64,000 nucleotides of DNA from Mycobacteriales bacterium. GTDB taxonomy: Bacteria; Actinomycetota; Actinomycetes; JAFAQI01; DASSKL01. Within the stretch, counting starts at the first letter, position 1, and each line of letters opens with the position of its first letter. The stretch covers positions 67,797 to 131,796 of the forward strand of contig DASSKL010000080.1 in the NCBI GenBank assembly GCA_035690485.1. The letters are read 5' to 3'. A program made the translations under genes and the position numbers. The notes beneath the pieces were generated by a model that was not told the origin of the DNA, ran no database searches, and saw only the letters and a list, made by a program, of their open reading frames with translations. Positions 10,009 to 19,757 of this stretch are shown piece after piece.

Positions 10009-11259
10009 TCAGGCGGCCGACAGCCGGTAACGGATGGGCAGCGACCGGTGCCCGTTGACGAAGATGGCCTTGGTCAGCTGCGGCCTGCCGGCGAGGTCGA
10101 CCTGCTCGAGCCGCGGCAGGATCGCGCCGAACAGCGACTCCAGCTCCATCTTGGCCAGCTGGGTGCCCAGGCAGAAGTGCGGGCCGAAGCCGAACGCGAG
10201 GTGGTGGTTGGGCGTGCGGCCGACGTCGAAGGTGAAGGGCGCAGCGAACTCCGCCTCGTCGCGGTTCGCCGACACGTAGGACAGCATCAGCCAGTCACCG
10301 GCCTTGATTCGCTTACCGCCCAGCTCGTAGTCGGTGCGTGCCGTGCGCATGAAGTGCTTGACCGGGCTGACCCAGCGGATCATCTCGTCGACCGCGGTCG
10401 GCAGCAGCGACATGTCGCCCCGCAACCGGGCCAGCTGGTCGGGGTGGTCGATGAGCGCCTGCATGCCGCCGGCCATCGCCGAGCTGGTCGTGTCGTGCCC
10501 GGCGGTCGCGATGATGACGTAGTAGGAGATCGTCTCCAGGTCACCGAGCGGGTGGCCGTCCAGCTCGGCATTCGCGATCATGGAGGCGAGATCCTCGGTC
10601 GGCGTCTCCCGCCGGTCCGCGGTGAGCGTCGTGAAGTAGGCGAAGAAGTCGGTGAGGATCGCTTCGAGGTCCGCGAGCGACGTGCCGCGCGACACGTCGG
10701 GATCCGTGGCGCCGAAGAGCTCTTGCGTCAACTGCAGCATGCGCGGGTAGTCGGCCTCCGGCAGACCGAGGATCGCCAGGATCACCTGCAGGGGGAACGG
10801 CATCGCGACGTCGCGAGCGAAGTCGCACTCGCCGTCCTTGCGCTCGAGCGTCTGCAGCGCCTGCGCCGACAGCGCGTCCAGGCTCCCGGTGAGCCGGCCC
10901 AGCCGGCCGGGGCGGAACCACGGGATGACCAGCTTGCGGTACCTGGGATGGTCCGGCGCGTCCATGTGGATCAGCGTGCGCAGCAGCGGCCCCTGCGCCT
11001 GGTTGCGGCGCACGGCCTCCCAGTTCGCGAGCACCGGCTCCGGCTCGTTGGTGAACCGGTCCGGCTGCAGCTCGATGTCCATGACGTCCGCGTGCCGGGT
11101 GACGAGCCAGAACGGCGGGAAGTCGTCTGCCTCGACGAGATGGACCGGGTCCTCGGCCCGCAGCAGCGCCAGCAACGCGTGCAGGCGGTCGAAGTCGGCG
11201 AAGGTCGCCGGATCCGTGATGGCGCGACCGGCATCGGCGATCGAGAGAGAGGTCGTCAT
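10009..11259 (-). CDS. Cytochrome P450 (CYP125/CYP142-like, steroid-monooxygenase candidate)
   Basis: 416 aa with the heme-thiolate signature FGFGPHFCLG, an ExxR motif and an AGHDTTS I-helix. Family assignment is tentative. Confidence 0.88.
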   Translation of the reverse strand: MTTSLSIADAGRAITDPATFADFDRLHALLALLRAEDPVHLVEADDFPPFWLVTRHADVMDIELQPDRFTNEPEPVLANWEAVRRNQAQGPLLRTLIHMDAPDHPRYRKLVIPWFRPGRLGRLTGSLDALSAQALQTLERKDGECDFARDVAMPFPLQVILAILGLPEADYPRMLQLTQELFGATDPDVSRGTSLADLEAILTDFFAYFTTLTADRRETPTEDLASMIANAELDGHPLGDLETISYYVIIATAGHDTTSSAMAGGMQALIDHPDQLARLRGDMSLLPTAVDEMIRWVSPVKHFMRTARTDYELGGKRIKAGDWLMLSYVSANRDEAEFAAPFTFDVGRTPNHHLAFGFGPHFCLGTQLAKMELESLFGAILPRLEQVDLAGRPQLTKAIFVNGHRSLPIRYRLSAA

Positions 11260-11429
11260 TCCTGTCCCCAGGGCGCAACGGGCTGGTGCCCCGGACCCTA
11301 GCCCTCGGCCCCGACGCTCGCAGGGGCGCAGCCAACCGCGCGCCGGCCCGCATCGCCGTGTCCTTCTCCCCGAAGGGGGAGTTCTTCCGCGTCCGGGTCA
11401 CCGGCCTCGACCCGATCGGCTGACGCGGC

Positions 11430-12251
11430 TCACGGGTCCGGGTCCTCGGCCATGCGCCGGGCGAAGACGGCCGCGGCCTCGGCCGTGAACGGACCCGGGG
11501 CGCCGGCCAACACGGTCCCGTCGACCGCACGGATCGGCTGCACGTGACGCGTCGTCGACGCCAGGAACGCCTCGGCGCCGGCCGCCAGAGCCTCCACCGG
11601 GACCGCGCGCTCCTCGATGCCCGGCACCCACTCGAGCAGCAGCTCGCGGGTGATGCCGGCCAGGCAGCCGCTCGACAGCGGAGGCGTGACCAGCCGGCCC
11701 TCGTGCTCCACGACGACATTGCTGCCGGTGCCCTCGCACAGCTCGCCGCGGTTGTTGGCGAAGATCGCTTCGCCGGCCCCGCGCTCGTTCGCGTAGCGCA
11801 GCGCGACGACGTTGTCGGCGTACGACGTGGTCTTGGCCCCCACCGTTGCAGCGCGTTCGTTGCGGGTCCACGGCACGACCGCGACGTCGGTCGTCGGAGG
11901 CCAGTCGCCGAGCGGCGCCGCGACGACGAGCACGGTCGGCGGCGACTCGCCCCGGGCCGAGCCGTAGGGCGACGGTCCACCCGTGACCGTGACACGCAGC
12001 CGGGCGTGGGCAAGCGTCGACGCGGCCAGGACCGCCGTGATGCCACCGCGCACCCGGTCTTCGTCGAACTCCAGGCCCAGGCAGTCGGCGGAGGCCCGCA
12101 ACCTGCGCAGGTGCCGGGTCAGCGCGAAGACGGCACCGTCGCGCACCTCGCAGGTCTCGAAGACGCCGTCACCGACGAGCAGACCGTGGTCGTCGGCCCG
12201 CACCACGGGGGCGTCGTCGGGCACGATCCGCCCGTCGACCCAGGTCGTCAC
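11430..12251 (-). CDS. Aminotransferase class IV (aminodeoxychorismate lyase / BCAT-like)
   Basis: 273 aa. The …GDGVFET…RHLRRL…ANNRGELCEGTGSNVV… pattern matches the class IV fold. Confidence 0.78.
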   Translation of the reverse strand: MTTWVDGRIVPDDAPVVRADDHGLLVGDGVFETCEVRDGAVFALTRHLRRLRASADCLGLEFDEDRVRGGITAVLAASTLAHARLRVTVTGGPSPYGSARGESPPTVLVVAAPLGDWPPTTDVAVVPWTRNERAATVGAKTTSYADNVVALRYANERGAGEAIFANNRGELCEGTGSNVVVEHEGRLVTPPLSSGCLAGITRELLLEWVPGIEERAVPVEALAAGAEAFLASTTRHVQPIRAVDGTVLAGAPGPFTAEAAAVFARRMAEDPDP

Positions 12252-12328
12252 GAGCCCGAGTCTTTCACCGGTGTCCGCCGAGGTCGTAGCGTTGCATCGG
12301 ACGTCCCCGAGCAGCGGCGGAGGCAGCC

Positions 12329-12685
12329 ATGGGAGCCATCCGGCTGGCCCGCGTCTACGACCACGCGCCCGCGCACGGCAACGTCTACCTGGTCGAGCGG
12401 CTGTGGCCCCGCGGCGTACGCAAGGAGGACCTGCACGTCGACGGCTGGCTCAAGGACGTCGCGCCCAGCACCGAGCTGCGCAAGTGGTTCGGACACGACC
12501 CCGGGAAATGGGCGGAGTTCCGCCGGCGCTACACCGCCGAGCTCGACGCCGACCCGCAGGCGTGGCAGCCCCTCGTGGATGCCGCGCGCACGAGCGACGT
12601 CACGCTCCTCTACAGCTCGCGCGACCAGGAGCACAACAACGCAGTCGTACTGCGCGACTACCTCACCGAGCGACTAGGCGACTGA
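12329..12685 (+). CDS. DUF488 family protein
   Basis: …YLVERLWPRGVRKEDLHVDGWLKDVAPSTELRKWFGHDP…W.EF..RY is a conserved DUF488 sequence. Confidence 0.8.
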   Translation: MGAIRLARVYDHAPAHGNVYLVERLWPRGVRKEDLHVDGWLKDVAPSTELRKWFGHDPGKWAEFRRRYTAELDADPQAWQPLVDAARTSDVTLLYSSRDQEHNNAVVLRDYLTERLGD

Positions 12686-13357
12686 CACCGGGTGCAGCGT
12701 CCGCGCCGTCGGCGAGACCGGCACGCCGTCGCGGTCGGGCGCCGTCCCGAGCACCTTGTCAGCCACCGTGGCGACGACGCCGAACCAGTAGCGCTCGTTG
12801 CGGAAGTGGTGCAGGCGGTGCCCCCGCCAGCGCGCTCGGTAAAGCGCCGTGCGCGGCTGGTGCGGCGAGTGGATGAGGAAGTGCACCCACTCGTAGCCGA
12901 GCAACATCACGAGCGACGTCGCCGCCCCGGTCGTCGCACGCCGCCGGTCACGGCCGACGATCGGGAGGACGGCGTTGACCGCGACGAGGCCGACGACCGT
13001 ACGCAACGGGAGCAGGACCAGGTCGATGTCCGTGGGGTCCTGGTGGTGGCTGCGGTGCGTGCGCGCCACGTACGACTCGCGAACCTGCCCGTGGCGGACC
13101 CGCGGCGGCCGGTGGAGCAGGTAGACGTGCACGGCCCACTCGGCGAACGGGTGCAGCCCGACGATCGCACCGGCCACGATCGCGTCGTCACGCCGCCAGC
13201 GACCCATCGCCAGCCGGGCGGGCACGGCGACAGCAGCGGCGCCCGCGAGCAGCTGCGGGCCGCGGCGGCGGAAGAAGACCTCCGCCCATCCCGCGAGGCC
13301 TGCCACCTCGCCCGCGTCGGCGTAGGTCTTGGGGTGCTTCGTGACTGAACGACCCAT
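12674..13357 (-). CDS. Fatty-acid hydroxylase / sterol desaturase superfamily membrane protein
   Basis: Start at MGRSVTKH. Histidine boxes HRSHH and HFLIHSP…HRLHH. The long Arg/Gly N-terminal extension of the 396-aa ORF is rejected. Confidence 0.65.
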   Translation of the reverse strand: MGRSVTKHPKTYADAGEVAGLAGWAEVFFRRRGPQLLAGAAAVAVPARLAMGRWRRDDAIVAGAIVGLHPFAEWAVHVYLLHRPPRVRHGQVRESYVARTHRSHHQDPTDIDLVLLPLRTVVGLVAVNAVLPIVGRDRRRATTGAATSLVMLLGYEWVHFLIHSPHQPRTALYRARWRGHRLHHFRNERYWFGVVATVADKVLGTAPDRDGVPVSPTARTLHPVSVA

Positions 13358-13368
13358 CAGCCGGCAAT

Positions 13369-14121
13369 CTACCCCGTTCGGGTGGAAACGAGCGCGTCCG
13401 GCAGGCGCCGGCGGCGCACCGAGCGGCCGCGGAACGGCTCCAGGGCCGGATGGCCGAGCAGACCACGGCGGCGCAGCCACGGCCACCAGGCAACGCCCAC
13501 GGCCACCGACATCAGGTGCCCGATCGTCGTGACGTCGTGGTCGATGGCGACCGGGATCACCACGGCGGCGGCGACCAGTGCACCCAGCGCGCGCCGGCGG
13601 CGTCCGGCGAACATGCCCAGCATGGCGCCGAGCACCGCGTGGAACCCGTAGGAGACCCCGACGTCGAGCCGGTGCGCGGCGGACGCCGGCAGCCAGCCAG
13701 CGTCGATCGCCGCCTCCACCGGCAGCTCGGTGGCGAGTGTCGCCAGCACGTGGCCCGAGGCGAAGATGACGAACGTCCACCCCGGCCCCACCCGCCGCTC
13801 CACCGGCGAGAGCACGAGCCCGAACAGCACCGCGTAGGCGATCCAGTGCATGTCCGGCAACCACAGGGCACTGGCGACCAGCACTCGCACCGGTGCAGAC
13901 TCCAGGTGCGCGACGTCGGTGCTCGACTCGGCCAGGATCTTGTGGTGCAGGTCGTGGTCGACGACGCCCAGCACCAAGGTGCTGCCGGCGAGCAGCAGCA
14001 GGTAGCCCACGGTGAACGGGGTGGCCGACGGGGTGGGCCGCTCCGCCCAGATCACGCTGCCGATCGCGCGCAGGCGCCCCGCGGGAGACGACGCCGGCTC
14101 GGACTCCAACGGCGTCACCAC
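13369..14121 (-). CDS. Rhomboid-like integral membrane protein
   Basis: Multi-TM protein with a FASGH segment and a GFHAVLGAMLG helix resembling the rhomboid Ser/His helices. The GTG start was inferred, so the 5' end is uncertain. Confidence 0.5.
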   Translation of the reverse strand: MVTPLESEPASSPAGRLRAIGSVIWAERPTPSATPFTVGYLLLLAGSTLVLGVVDHDLHHKILAESSTDVAHLESAPVRVLVASALWLPDMHWIAYAVLFGLVLSPVERRVGPGWTFVIFASGHVLATLATELPVEAAIDAGWLPASAAHRLDVGVSYGFHAVLGAMLGMFAGRRRRALGALVAAAVVIPVAIDHDVTTIGHLMSVAVGVAWWPWLRRRGLLGHPALEPFRGRSVRRRRLPDALVSTRTG

Positions 14122-14158
14122 GCCCCCACGATGACAGACGGCCGGCGCTCCCGCCGCC

Positions 14159-15016
14159 TCATGCCGGACCGCGGACGGCCGGCTCGACGTAGCGGGCCAG
14201 GCGCAGGCTGGCCGCGATGGCCAGCACGAAGCCCACGGCGGCGACCGGCACGAGTCCGGCACGCGGCCGGTCGCCGAGCAGGGCCAGACCGACGGCCGCC
14301 GGCAGGCAGGTCTCGACGACGAAGGTGACGGCCGCCACCGTCGTCACCCGACCGTGCTCGAGGGCCACGGCGAACGCGCCGGCCCCGAGAACGCCGTACA
14401 GCACCAGCGCCCACGACACCGGGTCGGTCACCAGATCGGTGAACGAGTGCGGCAGCACCCAGGAGCGGGCTCCGATCGCGCTGCCCGAGAAGCCGAGACC
14501 GGCGACCACGGCGAGAACCGCCGAGTTCTTCCGCTGCGCCGCGCCGAGAATGCCGGCGAGAGCCACCGTGGTCCCGGCCAGCAGCGCCCACTGCCCGGCG
14601 TCGGACAGCCGGGTCGGGGGCTCCGGCCGCGCGGCGGCCGCGAGCAGGACGAGGCCGGCAATGAGTGCGACCACGGCACGCGCCTCAACGGGCGACAAGG
14701 CGCTGCCGAGCCAGCGCGCCGCGACCAGCGCGGTGATGCCGACGCTGCCGGCGGCGGCCGCCTGCACGAAGAACAGCGGCAACCGCTGCAGCGCGACGAC
14801 GGCAGCGACGAAGCCGAGCAGGTCCAAGCCGATGCCGAGCAGGTAGCGCCACTCCCGAACGAGAGAAGCCCCGAGCGCGCCGCCGGAAGAGGCCCGCGCG
14901 ACGCCGACGGCCTGCAGGACCGAGGCGACGCCGTACGCCGTTGCAGCGAGCAGCGCACACGCGGCGGCAATCGCGGCCCCGGCCGAGCCGCTCACGACGC
15001 GCCGCGCCCGCGGCAC
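14159..15016 (-). CDS. Hypothetical integral membrane protein (about 8 TM)
   Basis: The ORF is hydrophobic throughout. No family was recognised and the start is uncertain. Confidence 0.4.
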   Translation of the reverse strand: MPRARRVVSGSAGAAIAAACALLAATAYGVASVLQAVGVARASSGGALGASLVREWRYLLGIGLDLLGFVAAVVALQRLPLFFVQAAAAGSVGITALVAARWLGSALSPVEARAVVALIAGLVLLAAAARPEPPTRLSDAGQWALLAGTTVALAGILGAAQRKNSAVLAVVAGLGFSGSAIGARSWVLPHSFTDLVTDPVSWALVLYGVLGAGAFAVALEHGRVTTVAAVTFVVETCLPAAVGLALLGDRPRAGLVPVAAVGFVLAIAASLRLARYVEPAVRGPA

Positions 15017-15115
15017 GGGCGCGGGTGACCGAGGGGCGCCCGGCGGTTACTGCCCGCACCGCGCGGGGGACCAATCCGGACAGCATCGTCGACCGCGCGC
15101 CAGCCGGGAGGGTCC

Positions 15116-16786
15116 GTGTCCAACGCGTCTCTGGCGCACCCGGTCGCGTCCACCCGGCGCTGGGCGCGCGGCGGCGTCGACCGGCTGGCCGACGAGATCG
15201 GCGGGCCCGCGCGCCTGCAGGTGATCGCGATCCTCGCCGCGGTCCTCGCGCTGAACGGCGCGGACCTGGGCACGGTGTCGGCCACCGCCGACGACCTCAA
15301 ACGCGCGTTCGGGATCAACAACACCGACATCGGTCTGCTGGTCACCGCCTCCACGCTGATCGGCGCGATCTTCACCATCCCGGTCGGCGCGCTGACCGAC
15401 AGGGTCCGACGTACCCGGCTGCTCGCGCTGAGCATCGCGATGTGGGCCGTCGCGACGTTCTTCTCCGGGGCCGCGGAGTCCTACGTCTGGCTGATCATGT
15501 CGCGGATAGGGCTCGGTGCGGTCACCGCCACCGCGGGTCCGACGATCGCCTCACTCACCGGCGACTTCTTCCCGGCGAAGGCGCGGGCGCGGATGTACGG
15601 GTTCATCCTGGCCGGCGAGCTGCTCGGCACCGGCTTCGGGTTCGTCGGGTCCGGCTACCTGTCGGCCATTCTGAGCTGGCGCTACGCGTTCTGGTGGCTG
15701 ATCATCCCGAGCGCCGTGCTCACCTACGTCGTCTGGCGGCTGCCGGAACCGGCTCGGGGCGGGCAGAGCCGGCTGAGCGAGGGGCAGGAGGAGCTCGTCG
15801 ACGCCGACGACGTCGAGGACATGCCCCCGAAGAACCAGCGGCGCGAAGAGGAGGCGGCGATCGCCGAGGCCCGCGAGGGCGTCGTCGAGCAGGTGGTCGA
15901 GCAGAACCACACCGAGCCGTACCGCAACCAGATCCTGACCAAGGACCCGGCGAAGAAGAACCTCTGGTGGGCGGTGCGCTACGTGCTGAGGGTGCGCACC
16001 GACGTCGTCATCATCATCGCGTCCGCGCTCGGCTACTTCTACTTCTCCGGGCTGCGCACGTTCGCGATCATCTTCGCCCAGGACCACTACGGCATCTCGA
16101 AGAGCCTCGCCTCCACGCTCGTCATCGTCATCGGGCTCGGCGCACTCGCCGGGGTCTACGCCGGCGGCCGCGTGTCGGACAAGCTCATGGCCCGCGGCGT
16201 GGTCAACGCCCGCGTCATCGTGCCGGCGGTCGTGATGCTCACGATCTCGGTGTTCCTGGCACCGGCCTTCCTGCTGACACAGCTCTGGATCGCGATCCCA
16301 CTGCTCACGATCGGCGCAGGGCTGCTCGGCGCGGCCAACCCGCCGCAGGACGCGGCGCGGCTCGACATCATCCACCCCCATCTCTGGGGCCGGTCCGAAG
16401 GCATCCGCTCGGCCCTGCGCGGGGTCCTCGACGCGGCGGCGCCGGTGACCTTCGGGCTGGTTTCCGACCGGTTGTTCGGCGGCAACGTGACGTTCGGCGG
16501 CAACCGGGCGGGCGGGGACCACTCGGAGGCGCTGGGCTACACGTTCCTGCTCTTCCTCGTCGTCGTCATCGCCGCCGGGCTGATAGTCCTGATCGCCCTG
16601 CGCACCTACCCGCGCGACGTGGCGACCGCCGACGCCTCCGTCGCCAACACCCTCGGCGACCGGCGCGGCGACCGGCGCCGCAGCCGCCGGGGGGAGGGCG
16701 CCGGCGAGCCGTACGCCGAGGAGCCGGGCGCCGAAGCCGGCGAGCCGGCCCGGTCAGCCGGCCGCGAGCCGGTCGGCGAGCCGTGA
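15116..16786 (+). CDS. MFS transporter with large acidic central loop
   Basis: 556 aa with 12 TM segments, the MFS signature G..TDRVRRTR and a Glu-rich cytoplasmic loop. Confidence 0.85.
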   Translation: MSNASLAHPVASTRRWARGGVDRLADEIGGPARLQVIAILAAVLALNGADLGTVSATADDLKRAFGINNTDIGLLVTASTLIGAIFTIPVGALTDRVRRTRLLALSIAMWAVATFFSGAAESYVWLIMSRIGLGAVTATAGPTIASLTGDFFPAKARARMYGFILAGELLGTGFGFVGSGYLSAILSWRYAFWWLIIPSAVLTYVVWRLPEPARGGQSRLSEGQEELVDADDVEDMPPKNQRREEEAAIAEAREGVVEQVVEQNHTEPYRNQILTKDPAKKNLWWAVRYVLRVRTDVVIIIASALGYFYFSGLRTFAIIFAQDHYGISKSLASTLVIVIGLGALAGVYAGGRVSDKLMARGVVNARVIVPAVVMLTISVFLAPAFLLTQLWIAIPLLTIGAGLLGAANPPQDAARLDIIHPHLWGRSEGIRSALRGVLDAAAPVTFGLVSDRLFGGNVTFGGNRAGGDHSEALGYTFLLFLVVVIAAGLIVLIALRTYPRDVATADASVANTLGDRRGDRRRSRRGEGAGEPYAEEPGAEAGEPARSAGREPVGEP

Positions 16787-18403
16787 CGCCAGCGCCATGA
16801 TCGTGAGTGCCGGGTTGGCACTGCCCTGAGTCGGGCAGACCGAGCCGTCGCTGATGTAGACGTTGGGCACGTCCCACACCCGATGCCCGGCGTCGACGAC
16901 CGAGTTGTCCGGTGCGGTGCCCATGCGGGCGCCGCCGATGAGATGCGCGAAGCGCTGAACCGTCAGCACGTCCTGCGCGCCCGCCGCATGCAGGATGTCC
17001 TGGATGATCTTCGTCGAGAACTCCATGTTCGCGTGGTCGTTGTCGCCGAGGCTGTAGTCGAAGCGGGCGACCGGCAGACCGTAGGGGTCCGTCTCGTCGG
17101 CCAGCGTGACCCGGTTGTCGGCGTGCGGCAACAGCTCGTTGAGCACGCCGACCGTCGCCCAGTGGTTGTAGTCGCGCATGTACTCCCGCAGCGCCGCGCC
17201 CCAGTGCCCGTCGGCGAGCACGTGCTCGGCCCACGCGATCGGCAGCGGGTGCACGGTCTGGATGGAGAAGCCGCGTGCGAAGCCGCGCGACTCGTCGGTC
17301 TCGTAGAACTGCTCGCTCGACACCTCGGGCGGCGGCGCCTTGTAGGAACGCAGCTCCTGCCCGAACCGCCCCGCGGTCTGGGTCGCGCCCTGCACCATGA
17401 CGTAACGGCCGACCTGGTCGTGGTTGTTGCCGAGCCCGTGCGGGTGCCGGCGGCTGGTCGACTGCAGCAGCAGCCGCGGCGTCTCGATGGAGTAGCCCGC
17501 GACGGCGACGACCTTGGCGCGCTGCAGCCGCTCGGTGCGGTCGCCCTCGCGCAGGTAGGTCACGCCGATGGCACGGCCGCTCGCGTCGTCGATCTCGACC
17601 CGCGACACCATGCAGTCGGCCCGGACCTCGACGTCGTGGGCCAGCGCATCGGGCAGGTGGGTCACGTAGGGGCTGGCCTTCGCGTTGACCTTGCACCCCT
17701 GCAGGCAGTAGCCGCGGTAGATGCAGTGCGGCCGGTTGCCGAACGTCCCGTTGACGATGCCCACCGGCCCGACCCGCATCTCGATGCCGAGCTTGCGGGC
17801 GCCGCGCCACAACACGGCGGCCGGCGCGCTGATCGGATGGGGGCTGAAGGGGTACTTGTGCGGGTCGCCCCAGGGCCAGTCCTGCCCGGCCACCGGCAGC
17901 TCGCGCTCGACCCGGCGGTAGTGCGGCTCGAGATCCCAGTAGGAGATCGGCCAGTCGGCGCCGACCCCGTCGCGCGAGTAGGTCTCGAAGTCGGACGGAT
18001 GGAACCGCGGCGTGTAGCCCGCATAGTGGATCATCGACCCACCGACCCCACGGCCGGAGTTGTTGTGACCCATCGCGACCGGGTCGCTGCCGCCGATGAT
18101 CCGCTTCTGCGTCCAGTAGAGCGCGTGCGATCCGGCCTCGTCGGACACCCAGTCCTCGTCGGGGTGCCAGAACGGCCCCGCCTCGATGATGACCACCCGC
18201 CAGCCCCGCCGGGCCAGCCGCTGCGCGAGCACCGACCCACCGGCGCCCGCCCCGACGACCACGAGGTCGACCTCGTCGCTGTCGTCGTAGCGACGCATCG
18301 TGTCCTCGCCGGGCAGCTGCCGGGAGTGGACGTCGAGCAGGAAGCGGGAGTCGTTGTCGCGCGGGCCGACGGCTCCCTTCAGCGCGTAGCGCAAGCCGCT
18401 CAT
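16754..18403 (-). CDS. GMC family oxidoreductase (FAD-dependent)
   Basis: Start at MSGLRYALK overlaps the upstream stop (TGATG). Carries the VVVGAGAGG FAD motif and a GMC C-terminal HxxGGxRMG-like sequence. Confidence 0.9.
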   Translation of the reverse strand: MSGLRYALKGAVGPRDNDSRFLLDVHSRQLPGEDTMRRYDDSDEVDLVVVGAGAGGSVLAQRLARRGWRVVIIEAGPFWHPDEDWVSDEAGSHALYWTQKRIIGGSDPVAMGHNNSGRGVGGSMIHYAGYTPRFHPSDFETYSRDGVGADWPISYWDLEPHYRRVERELPVAGQDWPWGDPHKYPFSPHPISAPAAVLWRGARKLGIEMRVGPVGIVNGTFGNRPHCIYRGYCLQGCKVNAKASPYVTHLPDALAHDVEVRADCMVSRVEIDDASGRAIGVTYLREGDRTERLQRAKVVAVAGYSIETPRLLLQSTSRRHPHGLGNNHDQVGRYVMVQGATQTAGRFGQELRSYKAPPPEVSSEQFYETDESRGFARGFSIQTVHPLPIAWAEHVLADGHWGAALREYMRDYNHWATVGVLNELLPHADNRVTLADETDPYGLPVARFDYSLGDNDHANMEFSTKIIQDILHAAGAQDVLTVQRFAHLIGGARMGTAPDNSVVDAGHRVWDVPNVYISDGSVCPTQGSANPALTIMALASRLADRLAAG

Positions 18404-19161
18404 CAGCGACCCTCGTCGGCGCGGCGGCGCTGCTCGATCTGCTGCGCGACCGGTGCCGGGTCCTCGTTGCCGGCGCCCGGCTTCTCCCAGGGCTCGAGCG
18501 TGCTGGTCGGCCCGAGCCGCATGTAGCCCCGGGGGTAGGCCGGCCCGCCGAAGCCGATCTCGTTCCACGACCACGGGTGGGAGTAGAAGCCCTCGAGCAC
18601 CGCGCGCAGGACGACCGACCACGCCCGCGACACGTTGAGCTGCTCCCACGGGCCGCCGTCGAGGTCGCCCTGCGAGAAGCCGTCGACGATCGCCTCCTGC
18701 GCACCGGGCGCGCAGTGCGCGAACGCCCGGCCGTGCCGCTGCTGCGCGGTGTGCTCCAGCCCGGCCAGCACCAGGTGCCAGGTGTCGCGGTCGTCCGGCA
18801 TGTCGGCGTACTGGAACCCGTCGAGCCGGCCGTCGGCCAGCTTGGCGTCGATCGCGCTGACGACCGGGACTCGCGGCTCCGCGTGCTGGTCGGTCACCAG
18901 GTCGCAGAACGCCCGCACGGTCGGCTCCTCCCTCGCGGAGAAGAACCGCAACGGCCCGGGCGGGTCGAGCCGAGCGAGGACGACCTTGCGGGTTGCCTCG
19001 TCCCACGTGTCGGCGACCGACAGCACGTCGTAGTCGGGGTAGCGACCGATCATCTGCGGCGTCGTCCCGACGCGCTGCCGCGGCCAGGTCTCGGCCGGGT
19101 CGCCCGGCTTGTTGCCCGGCCGGCGCTTCGGCAGGTGGTGCGGCAGGGACGGGTCGGCCAC
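18403..19161 (-). CDS. Gluconate 2-dehydrogenase subunit 3 family protein (small subunit partner of the GMC dehydrogenase)
   Basis: 252 aa with the conserved …WDEATRKVVLARLDP…FF…E…FCDLV.. pattern. It is translationally coupled to the GMC gene. Confidence 0.75.
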   Translation of the reverse strand: MADPSLPHHLPKRRPGNKPGDPAETWPRQRVGTTPQMIGRYPDYDVLSVADTWDEATRKVVLARLDPPGPLRFFSAREEPTVRAFCDLVTDQHAEPRVPVVSAIDAKLADGRLDGFQYADMPDDRDTWHLVLAGLEHTAQQRHGRAFAHCAPGAQEAIVDGFSQGDLDGGPWEQLNVSRAWSVVLRAVLEGFYSHPWSWNEIGFGGPAYPRGYMRLGPTSTLEPWEKPGAGNEDPAPVAQQIEQRRRADEGR

Positions 19162-19162
19162 G

Positions 19163-19663
19163 TCAGTCCTCCCGCCGCAGCAGCGCCGCGAGCAGGCCCA
19201 TGCCGCCGACGATGCACATCAGCCCGGGCGCGGCGATCGGTGGACCGGTGGGGACGTTGTACGACGCGTTGGCCCAGCCCCCCGGCTTGCGGGCGACCCC
19301 ACGCGCGTGGAAGTACTCGCCGAGCAGGCCGTTGGCCGTGTAGATCCCGGCGGTGATCGGGAGGACGGTCTTCGCCCACTTGCGGGAGAACACGCCGCCG
19401 ATGCCGGCCACCATGACCGGCGGGGTGACGAGGATCGGGCTCCACATCCACTTGTTGCCGAAGCTCGCCTTGTAGTGCTCGAAGTAGATCTCTGCCGTCG
19501 TCACCGCCGCCGAGACCGCCGTCAGCGCCGACAGCGACCGCTCGAAGCGACCGTGCTCGACGTTGCGCGCCCAGTGGTCGATGACGTGCTCGGCACCGCG
19601 CACCCGCTGACCGTGGGATCGGCGCGACGAACCGGGTCCGGTCAACGTAGGCAGCCATCGCAT
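19163..19663 (-). CDS. Small membrane protein (3-4 TM), first gene of the GMC-dehydrogenase operon
   Basis: Start at MRWLP after GGCGAGGAG. It lies 2 nt upstream of the subunit-3 gene. Confidence 0.55.
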   Translation of the reverse strand: MRWLPTLTGPGSSRRSHGQRVRGAEHVIDHWARNVEHGRFERSLSALTAVSAAVTTAEIYFEHYKASFGNKWMWSPILVTPPVMVAGIGGVFSRKWAKTVLPITAGIYTANGLLGEYFHARGVARKPGGWANASYNVPTGPPIAAPGLMCIVGGMGLLAALLRRED

Positions 19664-19757
19664 CGCCGTGCTCCTCGCCGTGGGGGTCGTCAGCCGCGAA
19701 CTACCACCGACGCCCGTCCCCAAACACCGGGCCGGGCGCTGTGATTCGCTTGCTGCC

